Origin: Neoechinorhynchus agilis
Lineage: Eukaryota > Animalia > Acanthocephala
NCBI GenBank assembly: GCA_051530055.1
Contig: CM121343.1
Span: 1,830,389 to 1,894,388, forward strand
DNA: 64,000 bases
Direction: 5' to 3'
The notes under the pieces are model-generated. The model saw only the letters and a program-made list of their open reading frames with translations, was not told where the DNA came from and did no database searches. Shown piece after piece: positions 37,201 to 49,285 of the stretch. Every line of letters begins with the position of its first letter. Within the stretch, counting starts at the first letter, position 1. Both the position numbers and the translations under genes were made by a program.

Positions 37201-37817
37201 TAAAACTAAAATCTTTTTAGATGACGCAAGAAGCGAGGCTTCGTCTTTCTAAATATTTCAATTCAATAAAAAGCATTTTATCGGGGGAGGGGGATATGAT
37301 AATAATATTCGTTGTATTTTGGAATCCCAAATCATCCATCCAAATGAGTTAACATTACAAAAGTAATGGCAACACATTCTCCGGGTTCGTAAAGGACATC
37401 TACAATATTTGATTTGGTAAGTAAGATAAGAATCGTTTGAAACCAACAAGTACGGCACTTTGGGAACTCACTCAAGATCGGGCATTGTTAAAAGTTAAAA
37501 CTAGGAACTGAAAGGATCAGCATGAGACGAATAAAGTATCTGCCGTTTATTAGCAATAAACAACAGACAGAAATTTTGCATACACACACATAAGGAAAAT
37601 GCAGAAATGTGGAATGAAAAGATGAGACTACATTACATTGAGTTGCTCTTATCTGTCAGCTGATATAAAAATTTAATCGCTTCCGTCATCATCAAGAAAA
37701 CATTTGAGATGGTTTGCAGTGGATTTAAATGTCTCTTTATTACATACTAAAGTGAAATGATGGCAAACTAGAGCGAGAGAGAGTGAAGGAATGAGCTATA
37801 AACGCGATTCGGTTTAC

Positions 37818-39330
37818 TTAATCATCAACGTCCGGAATGTCTTCTACGCTGAATAAAGATTCATCCATTGGTTCGTCTAAACAATGTTTATGGGATCTGT
37901 TTGATAAAGTTTGTATCATACCGGTCAAAGTGAATGCCGTTAGATCAATGTCTGCAATAGGATCATCACCGTTCATATTATCCTAACCACGCTGCATAAT
38001 TGAGAATAAAACAAGTGAATAATCTACCTCTTTTTCATCGTCGGAATAGTCGGCTTCGTCAGTACCGCTATCGTCATTGCCAGCAACGAGACTCGGATCG
38101 AAAGTGAACATCTCTCTTCCCGTCAAACCATTCATTCGGCCTTGCTTGAATTGATATTGTTTTTTCTCGTTATCACTCGCCAACTTTTGCCGTCTCTCAG
38201 CCAACTTTCTCAACTTCCATTTCTTAAAACTCTCCAGTGTTACCGGCGTGAGGTTCGAGCGTGGAAGTAAATTTCTTTCATTCTCGACCATTTCCTCAAG
38301 GGTCAATTGTGGTTTAGAGTCAACAGAACTCGGAGTTGCACTCTTCAATACATATCCTTCCCATAAATACAATCAATAAATCATTGTTGACTTAGTTAAT
38401 ACCTTCAGGAAGACAGTGGCGATAAATGCACTTATCATTACCGTTCGGACATTCCCAGAACCAACCATAAGTCTTATTTTCCACTGCATCAATGAAATAT
38501 TTACAAACCTGAAACGCTTAGCGTTGATAGGAGAACTATTTCTGACGTTCAGCACTCACGATGGACGTGGCATTATGCCGATTTGCATCCCCATGTTTTT
38601 GATTAATCATTCGGTCCAAATCATCTTTGCCCGAAAAGCCAGAGGCTTCGAGATCTAAAGTCACTAAAGAAATACGGCATCATGATCGTGCACTAACCAC
38701 GGTCTCGCATATCAACATAAACATTCTTCTTTTCCGATTGACGTGATTTACTCAAATCGTGGGAAAATTTGCATTTATCGCCCTTTGCACAAAGTCCCTC
38801 CTTGAAATATGCGCAAAGCACTGACTTCGGATCAACACCTTAAACGAAGAGCGGTCGAATTAACTGTCTACAAAATTACGAGATGGCCACCATCTCTATG
38901 ATTTAGAAATGCGGTGGATAATTGAAAGCAACACCATTTGATCAACTTTTAGCACACCAACCTTTTCCGAGAGGTTTTTGCTCGATTACGGGCTTGAACA
39001 GGGCTTTGAGCTCCTCCTGTTTTTCCTGTTTCTCCCTCCTCTTTCGCTCTTTCTCTTCTTGTAGCCGCTGGGTCTATGATGTGGTTGATGAAAAACAAAA
39101 AAACTAACAATTGACCTCTCTGGTCGTCTTGGGATTCCCCTGAACCTTTTGTTGAACGTTCTGGATAAACTTTTGCTGTTTAGCACCTTTCTTGTTCTTT
39201 AAGCCGAACGTCTTATCCTGTATCGAAACTGCCTGCTTGCGACCGAACATAAACTCCACCAACTAACTTCGACTATCTTCTGCTTCTGTTTGTCCAAAAC
39301 TTTTTTATTTTGCTGCGCTTTCGGACCCAT
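37818..39330 (-). CDS. ZC3H15: ZC3H15/DFRP1 CCCH zinc-finger protein, 8 exons, all GT-AG
   Basis: [49 protein letters not shown]...[19 protein letters not shown]. Confidence 0.96.
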
Positions 39331-39869
39331 TAATGAGCTTTTTTAAATTTTAGCAGCTTGATCCTACACACACACGAGGAGATTCACACAATCGAAGAGC
39401 GAGCGCAGGTTTGAGATCGAGTCATGACTTCGTTTCTTCCGTTTCGAATTTTAGGACCGACGTCAGCAGTCCTGTTCTTATTAATGGGTTGCCGATTATC
39501 GGATTTGTGCCACTGCGATGATTTCCTATGGGAATTCCGTGCGGCTTAGTTCGTTCATCTATCTCACCAATTCATTATCCTCCGAATATCGTTTGTTGAG
39601 AATTAGCATTTGAACCTCTTTAAATCAGTTGTGCCCAACCTATGGCTCACGGGAAGGAGCTCGCACTTTTATTTCTATATTCACAAACGTATTTGGTGAT
39701 TTTAAAGGAGAGTCATGACTGCACGGTAATTAAGAAGTTGCTCATTGATATATTTTTTGTTTGCTGATGAGATATAGAGATTAATAGATCCTGGCTTACT
39801 TTTTATATATAAAGAAGTCTGAATCAATAAATTAATCTCTATATCACCAAACAAAAAATATGTACGGTA

Positions 39870-40085
39870 TTTTTGACTTGTGGTGAACATAATCAGCCGG
39901 TTAAAAATCATTTTATTGTTCGCGAAATATTTCGAAAGAAAAAACCTCGCCTTATCAATCATTGCTTGTCATTTAGAACTTACCAGCAATGATTGAGATG
40001 AGGCGAGGTTTCCGCTTTCGAAATATTTCGAGAAAACAATAAAATGATTTTTAACCGGGTGATTATCTTCACCACAAGTCAAAAA
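39870..40085. mobile_element. MITE-like palindrome, ~100 bp imperfect arms
   Basis: 39870-39967 is the reverse complement of 39986-40085. Confidence 0.8.
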
Positions 40086-40779
40086 TGATCATCCCGACGG
40101 ATTTTCACGATATGATTTACGATAATACTGGAATGACTTTCAATTGGAGACGAAACGCGATGGCACCCGAGGGTTGCCTCTGACGCTCCCTGTGCATTTC
40201 AAGAAATTTACGCTTCCAAGCTCTTGCCACTCGATTTGAGTAATTTGAGCTATCTGTGGAAAATGCCAAGAGGAAAGGAAACGAGAGGTTGACACGGAGT
40301 ACTGAAATTTTCACGAGAAGTGGACGAATTTGTATTTTTTCGTACAATAAGACAAGAAACCACTGTGCCCCTCTTCTGCACGAAGAGAGGTGCAGTATTC
40401 AAGGAGCACAATACTAAAAGACACTTTGAAACAAAAACACAAAACGAAGTACTGTCAGTTTGACGGTTTCCTTGGAGAAGAGAGGATCGCCTTGATGGTT
40501 TAACAAAATTGTTCAATAAAAGAAGAAAACGAAACAGCATTTCGTGTGAATTTTCAAGTAGTTCACATATTGAAAACGCCAATTATTGCCTTTTCAATTC
40601 TCAGAAATCACGTGATATACTACTTGATTTTTGAGCCGCATGATTAAGTTTTTTTTGAAAACGGACACTTGAGTGGGGTAAAGATCGGTTTGTCCAAGAG
40701 AAAAACTACTTGATTCGCAAGCCGCACGATTGATCAAGTTTTTTCGAAAACGGGCACTTATGCGGGGATGTTGTAATGG

Positions 40780-40925
40780 TAAAAAATCTTTATTTCCGAG
40801 CTATCGATGTCTTACGGCTTCTTCAAGAATTGTTGAAGTGATTTATTCGCAACTTCAACAATTCCTGAAGATGGCGTAAGACGGCGAAAGCTCGGAAATT
40901 AAGATTTTTCTTTATCATTGCAACA
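40780..40925. ncRNA. Inverted pair of degenerate hammerhead-like Penelope ends forming a long hairpin
   Basis: CTGAAGA-TGGCGTAAGACGGC-GAAAGCTC on +; TTGAAGA-AGCCGTAAGACATC-GATAGCTC on -. Confidence 0.6.
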
Positions 40926-41186
40926 GCCTGTTTCAAGTGTGCATTCGCGGATTATTGTCATTATTTTCATTTCTAGGACCTCTCGAAATAAACGGTGTCC
41001 GATCGAGAATTGAGCGATACCAAATCACAAATCGCGTAGTAAAAATAGATTTGATAGTTAAACCACTAATGAATCTCTTTAATAATCGTTTCTATTTCGG
41101 TGCAAGGAAATGAGCGATCCACCATCAATGCATTGCTTGGTGCTAATTTCACCAAGCGCGATTTTCCATACTGAATTTATTTGAAA

Positions 41187-42250
41187 CTATACGGTGCACC
41201 CACCAAGTCTCTGTATAGCATGCCGAATATCTTTATTTGAAGCTGTGTATATGACCGGATTCAGCGCTGAATTGGAGTATCCTAACCAGAGGACAAAATT
41301 ATGAAACACTTGATCTAATTCCGATATTTTCTTGACAAAGGCGGCTAGAACGTAAGTCATAAAAAATGGCATCCAGCATAGGATAAATAAAGTTGTAATG
41401 ACCAAAAGTGTCCGTGTAAGACGTCCTTCTCTCGACTTTGCCAGTTTTGCCCTTTTTATCAAATTTATTTCAACGCTTGACGACGTTTTTGTCATTGAAC
41501 TTTTTTTCTGAGCTGCAGGCGTGGTCCTCGCTTTAACCGTCATCGCTTGGGCTTCCTTCCGTCTTGACCGAAGCCTAACAATTGTACGTGAGTAGATTTC
41601 ATGGTTCAATACACAAATGATCACTATTGGTAGCCAAAAGGAGCCGGTTGATGAAAATAGAACAAATAATCGATTTGTTGACATTTGGCAGATAATTGTT
41701 TCGTTAGAAAGCATAGTAAGTAATTGGGAAGCATCGACTGCAAGAACAGGGAGTGCGATCAGTAGGCTAAATATCCATGCGGTGAATATGACAAATAGTA
41801 TGAATTGTTTTCTGCGATACTTTCGATATGCAATTGGATTCCGTATGGATAGATACCGATCGAAAGTAACCAATACCAAGTTGAGAATGGACGCTGTACA
41901 AAGCGTAATGTCGAATATTAAAAACGCTCGACAGAAATGAAAGCCAAACAACCACGATTGGTATATGTAAGTTATTGTATGAAAGGGCAAAAGTATAAGT
42001 GAGCAGCAGAGGTCGGCTACTGCAAGGGAAATAAGGAAGTAGTTCTGAGGGGTAAGTATTAGCCTTGATGTAATAATTGCAAGAATTATCGTAAAGTTTC
42101 CAATCAAGCAAAAGATCGTAATGAACGTGAATACTGCAGCTACAAAATAAAGTGATGAAACATTGTGTTTTTGTCGATGTACGTACCCGTCAGTCCTACT
42201 TCCAATTTACTGGGAATCCGTTGTGAATAACTTAGATCAATTTCTTGCAT
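41187..42250 (-). CDS. Biogenic-amine GPCR (octopamine/tyramine/alpha2-adrenergic-like), 2 exons
   Basis: GN(TM1), SLAVAD, D3.32 in FDITLCTASILNL, DRY, TM5 SS..SFWLP, CWMPFF, NSALNPVIY. Confidence 0.92.
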
Positions 42251-43011
42251 TGCTGATGTTGTTACCGGTTTTGATTTTAGTTCAGCGAGGGGCTGACAAT
42301 GCAGAGCAAACCAAAGAATACTATCGTTTGACAGTTGAAGACCACATTGGTTACGCATTTTGTTGGCCTGCCCAAAGAATATTCTTAAATAGGAGGTTCA
42401 TTTGGCTTTATTCTAGAACCTCACGTTCGCTTCCCATTTGCTGACAAATGTAAGCGGGGGCTTTGTCTGGCACCCTGATCTTGATTCATTTGCATTCTGC
42501 AACAAGCTAAAGAGTTTTCGAATTGTAAGCTGATAAAAGGAAAAATGCGACTAAAACCTAAATATTTTTTATGCCCTTAGAACAGTAGATCTTGAAAAAC
42601 TAATATGCAAACCTTTTTAATGTGTATCCTCAAAAATCTGACGTGCACTCGTGGGCAAATCTTGAGAGCAATGGTAGAATTGTTTTGATACGGGGAAAAG
42701 TTAAAAGAATATACTGATTCCAATATTTCGGCACAATATTCCTAAATGCCTAATCCATTTGTCCGTGAGTGGAACAAGCATTCTATAGTTGTTCCGTCCA
42801 CTGTATTGTCCCTCATCCAATATTATAACATCCTCGATTCCATAAAAAAGCGGCAATATGTGTATTATTTTATCCACATTACAGTTCGTCCACTGGTAGG
42901 ACCCTTGATATGTCATTCGCTGCATCTATGCTGAAATTAACTCTTGCCTCAGTTATATCAAAATGTCGATATGTGAGCCATCGGGGTATATGATTAGCAT
43001 TATTTTTTATT

Positions 43012-43085
43012 AAAAACGTTTCGAACCTCATAGGGTTCGTCATCAGTTCCAGTATCCCGATGAGGTTCGAAACGTCTTTAATAAA
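43012..43085. ncRNA. Hammerhead motif on - strand plus truncated inverted copy on +
   Basis: CTGATGA-CGAACC-CTATGA-GGTTC-GAAACGTT; partial gatgaggttcgaaacgtc on +. Confidence 0.65.
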
Positions 43086-43389
43086 AAAAATTAAAACAAT
43101 AATCTTTCTCAGTTATTAAGCAAATTATATTGCTAGTGTTAAAAGAATTTCGCTTGCTATCATAGTACCTGAAATCAAAGGATTAATCTTATAAAAATAA
43201 TATAAATGTATTGCTTTACCTATTCTAAGATCCAACTTATCACAAACAGTAGCTGTTATTATCGAGAAAAGAGTGACATTTTATTCGGTCAGCGCAGTAT
43301 CTTTGACAATTTCATTTAGATTTATTAATTCATACCATCAATTTCCTTTTTTCTACTTGTTAAATTGCGTATCCGCAAAGGATTAGCAG

Positions 43390-43510
43390 TCATTGAGAGA
43401 AACGACCGGCGACGGACGAGCAGGTGTATTCCAACGACAAAATATCTCGCTTGCAGTACAACGAAGCAATGCTGCTAGCGTGATATTTGCGGACGGTGGT
43501 GATTGTTGGA
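43390..43510 (+). mobile_element. CRE-like RLE 3' fragment
   Basis: TTGDGRAGVFQRQNISLAVQRSNAASV, followed by ggacggtggtga tail. Confidence 0.85.
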
Positions 43511-43861
43511 AATCAATTGGGAGTTGTGTGTTAGATTATCGCATATCACCAACTAAAATCAAATAAATCGATACCTTTAACAGTCAGCCATGTCGATTTT
43601 CGCATACGCTAACCAGTGTATTGTGCAAAGATAACGACTAGCAAATAGTAGTCGCTTTTGAAAGAAAGCGTCACTACCGAAGACTTATTACTCAGTTTCA
43701 ATTTGCGCATAAATTTAATTTTAACCAGCTGAAATCGAGCTTAGAGATCACCCGATAACCTGAACCATTAAGGCGACAATTCAAGCAGAAATTTAGCTGA
43801 GGAACGAAAGCGTTCAAAATGTAGAGAGCTATTAAGGAATTACCATTTCGCCCCTTTTGCT

Positions 43862-44045
43862 GTGGAAACGTATGGAGCCTTTGAACCATCAGCGTTCACT
43901 CTCCTCGACGATTTGGCACGAAGGACGAAAAGGATGACGGGGGAAACGCGCTCGAGAAATTTCCTCGCTCAACAAATCGCAATTGCGATACAGCGAGGGA
44001 ACGCTGCCAGTATTCTGGCGACGTCGGGATGTTTACAAGAATGAA
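43862..44045 (+). mobile_element. CRE-like RLE 3' fragment (distinct subfamily)
   Basis: VETYGAF...LLDDLARR...TGETRSRNFLAQQIAIAIQRGNAASIL. Confidence 0.9.
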
Positions 44046-44096
44046 AAACGAAATAGTAAAATAAAAGAATTCCGATTTTCTGAAAAAAACTCTTCC

Positions 44097-44282
44097 GACT
44101 GTTTATTTATGACGGAGAAATTGAAGGAATTTATTAAATCCGATATTTCGGCAAAATCTCATACTTGTATCAAAAAAGCTTACTTGTATTTTCCTCTGCT
44201 AACAACCTTGATAAAGGCACGAGATTGTGCCGAAATTTCAGATTTAGTAAATTACTTCAACTTTTCTGCCGTAAACAAACAT
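44097..44282. mobile_element. MITE-like imperfect palindrome, ~75 bp arms
   Basis: tgtttatttatgacggagaaattgaag... pairs with ...cttcaacttttctgccgtaaacaaaca. Confidence 0.65.
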
Positions 44283-44890
44283 GAATAATTCAATCTTCAA
44301 ACTGAAGAGTTTACAAACATTCATGCCACCGCTCTTGATCTTCCTTCCGCAAAAGATAAAACTTAATGGCAATTTCATTTGCTCGCCACACTTTATTACT
44401 GAAGCTTGGTGTTTTGAAAAAGCTGCTTCATCCTGCAAAGAAAATGTATGCTCAACTTTCTCCCTTTGTGATTATTTCGTTAGATTGGCATTTTTAACGG
44501 GTTTACACCGTCGCAACTAAACCGACTAAATTTTTTAATTGAAAAATGTAAGCGATTAATGTTCTGAAACTAGTTTTTAAAGTCGCAAACGGCATCTTTT
44601 TAAATGGTGATGATTTTTACCTGTAAGAGAAAGCAATCGTCTGAGCACTACAATCGCACTGCATTGCGCTTAATGGTGAACTATTCCATTAATGCTTCGT
44701 AAATTGTATGATGATCGGCCATTACAAATAAGAAGCACTGAACGTACACATACAAGTACCGAAAAATTGGTGCTCACACTACAAACATCGATGATTTATA
44801 ATAGGTGGAAACTTGTGCCCCTTCAGATGGATCACTTTATAGTCTAAGAGTACATAATGAAGAGAACCAATATAATTTGAGTATTGTTTT

Positions 44891-45708
44891 TCACGTGGAA
44901 TCCTTGCATCGATGTAGTACTATTGAGGGCATTTCATCAGAACATGAGACGAAAACTTGTTCTTGAGAAGGACGGTCACGCTCTTGTTGAACTTTAAGCA
45001 ATGCATCGAACAGTTCATTGTGATTCACTATTGATTTGGACGAGTGTGTTTCTTCAGATTTTGACTGGTATGGAATAGGTTCGATTTGCTGTTCCCAACC
45101 TGGTGGAGGACTCGAGGGCGGTGAGATCAAGAACTGCTTCACTGGTATTGGTGGTTCAAGATATCTAGGACCGTTCGATGAACTGTGTGCATTACTGGCT
45201 GCATAGTAGCAGTGGCACTCGTATCGTTTATCACCGCCATCCACGGTATCGATTCTTGACGTCGTGTAACCAATCCACTCGAGAATCGATACTTTAGCAA
45301 ATGGAATGTTCTGTATCTGGCACATGCAACTCTTGCATCCTGAAGTGAATCATAGGATATGCGACATCTTCTAAAGGAACGGAAATAAATAAAAGATGGT
45401 TTCCGCGACTCATCCAGGAGAAACAGGTTCTCTAATTGCATCTTTAGGTTCGTTGAGTCAAAAAGAGACGCCGGTAAGTCCGTCAATATGCATGCGAATG
45501 GCTTCGTAGACGGTGGATTTCTTATTGATGGATACTCTAACATGTCATCTCTTAGTGATAAATTCAAATTCTTAAGTTTCTCTTCCCACTCCTCTTCTTC
45601 GATTTGATTTGGAATCACATAGTCATGGAAATTAACAATGGTTCCATCGTTGCTTATAGGCGATTCTGAAAGTTCATCCAATTTGTCCTCATTGTTATTG
45701 ATCGACAT
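44891..45708 (-). CDS. RCAN: RCAN/calcipressin (calcineurin regulator), 2 exons
   Basis: F.YFRSFRR.RI.Y, KQFLISPP.SPP.GW motif, C-terminal PSIVLH (PxIxIT-like). Confidence 0.93.
45241..45293 (-). other. Candidate hairpin intron in RCAN (53 nt)
   Basis: Frame switch bracketed by perfect 11 bp inverted repeat GTATCGATTCT/AGAATCGATAC; a 38 nt GT-AG alternative exists. Confidence 0.55.
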
Positions 45709-45890
45709 CGTTATATTTTTATCTACAACAAATCTATGTAATCTAGGAACTCTCACGCTTGATAACAGACACCATGGAAGCTTCTCTGAAAATCGATTTC
45801 ACTGACAACAATCCAACGTAATCTTTAAAGAATCAGAATTAAGACCGTGAAAAGCGTCAATTGGATTAGAAGACAAATAATAAAAATACG

Positions 45891-46099
45891 TGTAAGATTA
45901 TTCTTTTTTTTCACCATACACGGCTCAAAAGAATAATCTTACACACACATCTATCAAAAGGCTTAAATAATAAAGACATTTTTCCTTTTTTGGTCTTCGG
46001 TGAGCTGTCACCACGAAGAGGGAACTCAGGTTCCGAAATATTTAATTCAATAGTTAATGTTTAATTCTCGGGGTGGTGACAGCTCACCGAAGACCAAAA
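45891..46099. mobile_element. Two adjacent short palindromic elements (17 bp arms 45891-45943; 26 bp arms 45988-46099)
   Basis: TGTAAGATTATTCTTTT/AAAAGAATAATCTTACA; TTTTGGTCTTCGGTGAGCTGTCACCA and its reverse complement. Confidence 0.85.
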
Positions 46100-47399
46100 T
46101 TAGATTCCCCGAATGTAATTCTCAAAGACATTTTTCTTTCAAAAGTCGAATTTGTTTTCGAAAAATGGGTGATGACAGCGAGCAATTTTTATTTCTTTTT
46201 TGTCTGCAGATATGAGTTGATTTTAGCTTTTATCTTAAAATATTGCGCTTCTAACGATGAAAACGAGTTCATTGCGCTTGCGATATTGGGAATTGTTCAT
46301 CGCCCATAAACACTTAATTACGAGCACGACGAAGCGCTCTTGTTTAGACCGTCCAACGAGGAGAACTGCTCGGTGTCCTTAGTCATTAGTGAAACTGTGT
46401 AGTAAAATCATGACTCGATGAGTGCAAATGAACACTAATTTGATGATGATGATGACGACGATGATGATGAGTGCCATAGACCGAATGTGAACTCACGGCT
46501 AAAGATGGCGAAAGTACTTAAACGGGAATTCAGATCAGAGTCGATTTTAGGCACCCGCGGCGGAAGAAAACTTTAAAGAGATTGCCGCAGATTAATCGAT
46601 ATATATGCAGAAGTGTCGCTTTTATTTCCACTTGTTGCGTTATCTCGATAAGAATGTGTGATTGGAAGCGATGAAAGGGTCATTGGGAAAGTGACAAGTC
46701 AAATTTGAATTACTAATTGGCGTCCTTTTTTGGTGCTCAGAATATCTCTGAGTTGAGAACAGGGGCAATTTCTGGGAAAAGGAAGCGCAGAAAATACGTA
46801 TCGATGAATCTCTCCTTAAATTTGGAGTTCAATTGCCCGAGATGAATCACTGTGGAGCATTTCTTCATGCAAAGCATCCGTCCTTTTGACCATTATCCCA
46901 GAACGTCTGCCGAGTGATCCAGAGGCTAAGAATGTAGTAAGCTTCATAACCAAAAAACAAAGTGTATTTGCGCTTGTTATTTGTGGTCTCCAAGAATAGA
47001 GCTTAAGAGTGAAACGTTGCAAATGTTTTCCACTAGTGAATATCGAGAAGGATCAGATCTAAAAGGTGAGCCGTCATTTGGAATGTTTAAGATCCACAAC
47101 GACAAAAAAACGCCGTTTGAGGTGAATCTTTAAGATAGAATTATATTAATCATCGATAGAAAATCGTATCCCGTGATTCTTCGCCTTCTCGACAAATCGT
47201 ATAAATGCAGTAGAAGGGATCCGCGATATTTTCAATCTTTGTGAAATGCTGGTTGTGGCGGAGTGAGCGATGGAATTGAGCCAATTCTCAAGGCACTTCC
47301 ACCTCGTGCTAATCATTGCAGGAAACGAAAATGCGGTCACAGTAGCAACTTAAGGAAGAAAATCAAATAAATCAAACCAAAAGTTTAAATCTACTTTCC

Positions 47400-48140
47400 G
47401 GTTCTCGCGATGGGGTCGTCCGAGCTAAACTGTTGGCAGTTTCAACGCGAGAATCTGGGGCGTGGTTGGAGGCTGTTCCTCTGGCATCAGTGGGAACTCT
47501 CCTTACTGATGAGGTAACGAGGATCGCAATATCCTTAAGACTTGGTCTCCCGATATGCACGCCCCATCGTTGTCGATGTGGGTCTTTGGTTGATGCTTTC
47601 GGGCGACATGGTCTCGTCTGCAGAAGGTCAGGAGGAAGGTTCTCACGCCATTCTGAGATCAACAGCGTAATTTGTCGGGCGTTGAGAACGGCGAACTTCC
47701 CGAACCCGCCCACCTTTGTCGACTAGACGGCCGTAGGCCCTATGGAATTTCGGTCTTCCCGTGGCGGGAGGGCAAATGCCTTCTCTGGGACGCCACGTGT
47801 GTGGACACGCTCGCAGTGGGCAACATTCCCTACTCCCTCGAAATCGCCGGTGGTGCCGCCAGTGCAGCGGAAGGGAGGAAAATACGGAAATATATTCAGT
47901 TATCGAGGGCTCACTATTTTGTCCCCTTTGGGGTAGAGACGTATGGAGCGCTCGGCAGCTCGGCACTCTCTCTGCTCCAGGATCTCTCGAAGAAATCGAG
48001 AGAGGCAACCGGTGACTCAAGAACAGGCGTATTCCTTCGACAAAATATCTCGCTTGCAGTTCAACGAGGCAATGCTGCCAGCGTGATGGCGACGGTCGAG
48101 GAAGGACAAAAGCTGGAATTTGACGGGAGGTGGTGAGTGT
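47400..48140 (+). mobile_element. 5'-truncated CRE-like non-LTR retrotransposon (CCHC + restriction-like endonuclease), inactivated
   Basis: CRCGSLVDAFGRHGLVC..RH..IN, RPYG (PD>PY), WDATCVDT, AA..AE.RK..KY, P.GVETYG, QRGNAASV; frameshift near 47700. Confidence 0.92.
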
Positions 48141-48603
48141 GCTTCAAACAGATTGTTTGAATTGTTAAAAAAGTTAAAAGTTTAAATTATATTAATGTTT
48201 TGATAAATATGCGCCCATGCGATAAATTGGATTTTATTAACTATCAAACTCTTCTTAGAATACTTTCTTAAAAGATCGTTTCATTAACCAATCACTAGGA
48301 ATGGGTATAATTGCATCAGTTGAAATCGATAAAAATCGGGGCGGTTCCGTACGTGTCGGAAGCATGAAATTTCGCATTTGGAAAAACCAACGGTTATTGC
48401 TACGATTTCTTCTTATATAGATAGATTTACACGTTGACACGATTGCACTCACCATGGTAAAGATGCAGAACTTCTCGAGGGAAAAAACTAAATAGTGATG
48501 ACTTAGGGAGCGACGATAGTGAAGTATCATACTTTTCATAGTCCGTAAAAGCGGCAACGAATGTGGATAAACAGCATTATCTATTGCTATTAAATACCCC
48601 ATC

Positions 48604-48617
48604 GTTTCCATGGTTAC
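48604..48617. promoter_or_regulatory. RFX X-box (GTAACCATGGAAAC on - strand)
   Basis: Near-perfect consensus directly upstream of a minus-strand orphan ORF (48255-48602). Confidence 0.55.
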
Positions 48618-49285
48618 AAACACGTAAGATTTTCTAAGATACTTCAAAAGCACCGCATGCAAAACAACGATTCATTATTAATGGCAGAAATTCGTAATCT
48701 CAAAACGATGCACCCTCACAATTGCGAGGATCCACAAAAAGTGATCTTTTTCACGGTTTTAACAAACCGAGGGATTTTTCCGAAATCGATACTTTGATCA
48801 ACCCAAAGATTCTTATCAGAAATATCGTGAGTCATTTTGAAATTGACACCAAGTGGTATGTTGTCAACACGATTTACATATTGAAAAATAATCGATGTTA
48901 TCGTTCTCCAAATTAAGGACTATTTTCATTCTACTAAATGGCACGTTTGCGTTTCGTGTAAAATATTATCACCAAAGTGTCGACAAAATAAAGAAATCTG
49001 GGATCTTTTGATGAGCAAGAAATTAATCAAAGTTAAAAAACCGTATAAAATCTTTACTTTAAGGTCTTACAACTCCTTCAGCCTAACAGAAACGATTTTT
49101 TTGAAATAGTGCACAGCAATCGGAATAAAATATTCCTGGTTCGTTAAAGGTTGTTGCGTTTGATTTAATTTTAAGGATTCGGGCTATGAGTGTCTACATT
49201 TTTTGTTTTTGTATTGGCGACAAATGTTGCATAGCGCCGTTAATCCAATTTTGATTTAAACAAGAACCATGTATAACATTAATGG

